Shown here in pieces: positions 59,767-64,000 of a stretch of 64,000 nt of DNA. Where the stretch lies: assembly GCA_973895155.1 (NCBI GenBank), contig OZ316894.1:19258805-19322804 (forward strand), given 5' to 3'. The position numbers and the translations under genes were made by a program. Source of the stretch: Marsupella aquatica (Eukaryota; Plantae; Marchantiophyta). Each line of letters begins with the position of its first letter. Within the stretch, counting starts at the first letter, position 1. Under the pieces are notes generated by a model that was given only the letters and a program-made list of their open reading frames with translations, was not told the origin of the DNA and did no database searches.

Positions 59767-62736
59767 ACTCTCTTTCTATCGATCAGATGCTTAATCTGAG
59801 ATCGTAATATTGAACCCTGACGAGGGAAATCCGCTTGCGTCGGGAAGTATGGACGTTGGAGAAGGCCAGTCTGAAGGCAAAACCTGTGACAACATAAGCA
59901 TGCCCACTTGTATGGTTGTAGGTGGATGTGGCAAACTGTACTACATTTGTGCCCGTGCGCCGATCAAGCCAAAGATCGGTGACAGTTTCACTCATGTCTA
60001 TCACTCATGTCTATGGTGCAAGTGAAGAATCAATCGAAGACGACATGGCGGCCAGGATGAAAACCGTCACGGAAACCCAGTTTTCGAATTAGAAGCTGAG
60101 GTACTAGCATGAATGACAGATTGTGTTAATAAGATATGGAGCACATTGCCCATAGTAATTAGTTCTGGCGTATTCTTTGTCCGTAGAACCCCCACACAGG
60201 TCATTGAGATGATAGCTTACAAAATGTTAACAATATATCTTATTGTCCACACCAGACACTATAGTATTGAGTCCGCATCAGAAAGTGTACTCCTTGTGTT
60301 CCACCTAACATAGCCGGACACAAATTTTGTGACGTATTAGGAATGCAAAGAAACTTGCGTTTCAGTGAGGTTTGTGTGTATACAAGTTGATATCAACTAC
60401 TGTGAAACTCTTTTTGTCTTGCATCGCCCTGGGATTCCAAAAGAAATAGTTTTCGTCATGGGGAACGTGTCCTTCCACCACCGTTTATGGCTCGATACAT
60501 GGGTGAACTGAGAACTGAGACTAGTCTGCTAGTATGGCATGCTGAATGTGCATCACATTATTCTCAGATTAGTCGCATCCACCATGCTACAAGATCACTA
60601 TCCAATGAATCTGTATTTTAGACAAATTAGACAATTGTTTAGTTGAACCCCAGTACCGACACTAGTATTTCAACTCGCGAAAGACTTTGCTGAGATGAGC
60701 TCTAGCAGCACTCGCTAAAGCTACATAAGTCATTTTTAACTTGTCAGCTGATAGGAACGCTCTGGGTTCTCTTGTGCCAACATGTCTGCGATTTCTGTCG
60801 TGAAAAACGGTCTGGATTTCTTCCTGATTTTGATTCGGTTCGTTGGAAAGTTCACACAGTGCCACCTCTCGTCTCGTCACCTAGAAATTCCGGTTCTTGC
60901 CATACCCAGAATTTTTATCCCAACCTGCACAATCATCCCGTAGGACGAAAGCGATCTCAAACTGGACTAATTTGGAGGACTTGCGGATTCGCTTTGTTTG
61001 ACGCTACTGCACCTGATAAGTTTTGATTTTCATCCCGCTTTCGCTCACTTTCTCGAAATGCAGGCAGGTTGGTAACGCCATCACGAACACTGAGCAGCAA
61101 CCAGCTTTATCATTCAGCAGCAACAGACATACACAATAGGCACGCACTGAGAAATCAGCCACCGACCATGTGTGAGGGCTTTCCTGCGCGCCCCCCTCCC
61201 CAACAACAAATGAGGCTCAAAAACTACCATAGGCTAAACGGAAGTCAACCCTCGTCGCATATGGTATCGTGTCAATCCGACTTCTTGCAAAGAGTGAGCT
61301 CACCCTCTTTTTAGCTGCGACTTGTGCAGCAGTAACTGACATTCCAATTACTAGCACATGATTTTAGAATGAACAGTTTCCTTCGACGCTTTTCCTCGCC
61401 ATTCAAGAGTATTTTCATTCAAGTAGATCACAGTAAGTCAGAAAGCCATTTACATGAAATCGTGCGTATAGAGCGAATCTAATTAGAAGCTGCGTGGACA
61501 AGGAACAGTACAGTCGGCGTCACAAAGATGCATACACGCAGTGCGATCTTAAGTTTCTTGATCTCAGACAGAAATTAGGGTTCTGCTTGAGGCCCTGTCG
61601 ACTAAAACTATAACAAAAACTATGCTTTCACTCTGTAACCAATGGCACAACCGTCCACCCGTTTTGATGCCGCTCAAGTACTTGAACATCTACTCAAATC
61701 CAAAGTTCACCCGTGCGAGAATGCAAAAACATAAGATAACAGTGACGCGGGGAAAGGAAAGGGGCCCATCGAATTGTATAGCCTTCCAAAAACTAACGGC
61801 AATCGCGGAAAAAACCCAGAATTCAGTACACTGAATAAGCAATTGAGTTGGACGGTTCATGAATTGGTGTCCATGAACCTGATGAACAGGGCGATGTAGC
61901 ATTTATATAACTCTGCATACTTTCGCAACTTGCAATTTCCAGAAAACGAGTTGGGACGTAGCATGTATGACATGTTTTATTTGCAACGTACACATTTTCC
62001 AATTTCCAGTAAATGAGTAAAGGGTTTCAGCACAGAGAACCAATGCACTCACTCATCATCCTCCAACAGCCTGGTCAAGCTACCTATCCTACACTCTGTG
62101 CAAGAAAACCACGACGCCAAGCTCAAGTCAGTAACCGTAACCAGAAGTGCTTTCATGACGGAATTCCAAGGAACAGGAAGAAGCCCTGGGCGGTAATAAT
62201 ACAAGAAGGCCGACCAAGCTGAATTTTATTCACAAACCCAAAACAATATACTACCATCCAAGGACTTGAGCTAATCTCTCGGGATCATGTAGACCTACCT
62301 ACCTACCTAGAGTACCTTCCTATAAACATAGTTTACCGCAAGCTCTGACTTATTATATTGCTACTGGTCAATTTGTTCAGCTGTTTGATGCATGTCAAAA
62401 AATATGCCGCAGCTGGTGGACCAAAGATTTAAGTCGAGAACCGCAGCTGGTGGACCGACAATTGAGTCAAGGCTACCTATCCTACGCAGCTACCCACATA
62501 TCTCGACGATCCTTACAAGAGGCTTCGATAGAAGAGAAGAGCCCCGTTCCTCGCTTTAGGCCAGCAAGCAGCTAACCGCACTCCTGCATCTCTTGGATCA
62601 CCATAGTTACTTCCAACTGAGCTTAGTAGATGGCAATTAACCCCTTTATGCCGAGATACATACCTCGACATACGCCAATAGTAAGCAGGGAACTACATTC
62701 ACATAGCTCTTGTCCCCGAGTCCGGGTTTCTAGGAT

Positions 62737-63171
62737 CTAATCCTTCCCAACAATTTTGTGTAGGGTCGAACTGATCTTTTCTCCGATCGAAGTGCCCTTG
62801 GAGGGTGGCTTTTTATCAACATCTTCGTGGGTCACCTCGACTGGAGACTCCTTAGTGGTGGGAGCACTCTTGCCCCCCTCAGGTCCAGTTTCTTTCACAG
62901 TAGTCCCCACAGTTGAGACCGGGGGGGTCTCTTCAGCCGGCGGGACGATGTCATGGTCGCTCTTCAATTCCTCAGCAAATGCTTCAGGTACCTCAGACTT
63001 GACGACGCCGTCGTCCGTCGCGGGACCCGTCGTTTCCTTGGTTTCCACATGATGCAGATGCGGGGGGTTTTCCTTGAGCTCGTCTAACACGGCCTCTTTC
63101 GTCTCCTCTGGTGACTCCGCCGCTGGAGCCTCGCTCGCGTCCTGGAATTTCTCCGGCCTGCACCTCACCAT
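62737..63171 (-). CDS. Small acidic/hydrophilic disordered protein of unknown function
   Basis: 144-aa ORF rich in E/K/T/P with elevated GC relative to its flanks, ending in an amphipathic GEKISSTLHKIVGKD. No family recognised, and the start is uncertain. Confidence 0.6.
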   Translation of the reverse strand: MVRCRPEKFQDASEAPAAESPEETKEAVLDELKENPPHLHHVETKETTGPATDDGVVKSEVPEAFAEELKSDHDIVPPAEETPPVSTVGTTVKETGPEGGKSAPTTKESPVEVTHEDVDKKPPSKGTSIGEKISSTLHKIVGKD

Positions 63172-64000
63172 GGATCTTCAAATCAGAGGTAAAACCCAGG
63201 ATCTTTAAATCAAATGTGAAGTACATGATCATCAGACCGACAGGTACATTGCCGCGCTCTGGAGCTCAGAAATTCAGACAGGACTCTGCTCTTTCACATA
63301 TAATTATGGGTTTTCCTTACTAATCAGTAGGCAGGATAGTTCATACAAAGCGGACAGGGTCCCAACAATCATCAGATCTTAAGAAACAGATTCCACTCGC
63401 AAAATAGTCATAAGCAGTTCCTCCTCAGCCCAAGAAGAAAAAGTTCGCATTGTGGCGCATTGAGGCAGAAAGTTACAGCTCCGGAGAGCGAACTCCCAAA
63501 CAAATTGAGGAGACAGTACCAAATCTCTGAACCAACTATAGCTGCTTCTCATAACTAGAGCCCTTCACTTGATTTTATTAGATTGCAGCCAACTATTCGA
63601 CGCTACAGAAAGCTTCACTGGACATGTGGAAGTAGCTTAGCGTTGACGACGTTCACTTACTCTTCAATTTTCAGTTCGCCCAACTTCTCGTCCAAGCTTT
63701 CCTGCGACAAAGAACAACCCCAAGCCAAAGGTAGGATCGTTGGTTAGCTCAGAGACTCCCAACAGTCACTACGATCCAATGAATCCAAATCCCATCAAAC
63801 ACGAACAGACAGTAGCGAACACAAGTCCACAACGCCACAACAGTGCCGGCTAATTTGAGAGTGAAGAAAATTTATCATGAATTGCACATCATCGATAATG
63901 TGCCCTCTCAGTCACTCCTCCTCTCACTGGGGAGAATTGAACACCCATGATAGTGGTGGACCGGGAATCATCCGGATCCCAATCAGGGCCTCAATTGAAA

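Overview
Eukaryotic land-plant nuclear DNA with spliced genes and plant TE families. The protein divergence suggests a non-seed plant such as a bryophyte (inference). There are six probable protein-coding genes: a DUF639 gene (-, 360-5880), an intronless Cys-type selenoprotein-K homolog (+, 17587-17922), a fibrillin of the FBN5/PAP7 type (-, 26495-28636), an apparently shortened MIP2/NBAS/Sec39-family gene (+, 33269-39804), an MDP60/TPXL-type TPX2 protein carrying a plant calmodulin-binding motif (+, 55327-59766), and a small acidic disordered ORF (-, 62737-63171). The intergenic DNA is a layered set of mobile elements, many with readable boundaries. These include a decayed full-length Ty1/copia (42028-51691; 344-bp LTRs, TSD ACCAA) with a 2.75-kb nested insertion, two related solo LTRs, and a 1.7-kb solo LTR carrying a palindrome array. 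There is also a 5'-truncated L1 with a 16-bp TSD, two copies of a short SINE with 13-bp TSDs, a TIR element containing a tRNA-like core, and an inverted copy of the copia's empty target site. No prokaryotic-type system such as CRISPR is supported. The best novelty candidates are the CaM-binding/TPX2 architecture, the miniaturised MIP2 and the unclassified small mobile elements. All coordinates were read by eye, and exon edges may be off by a few bases.
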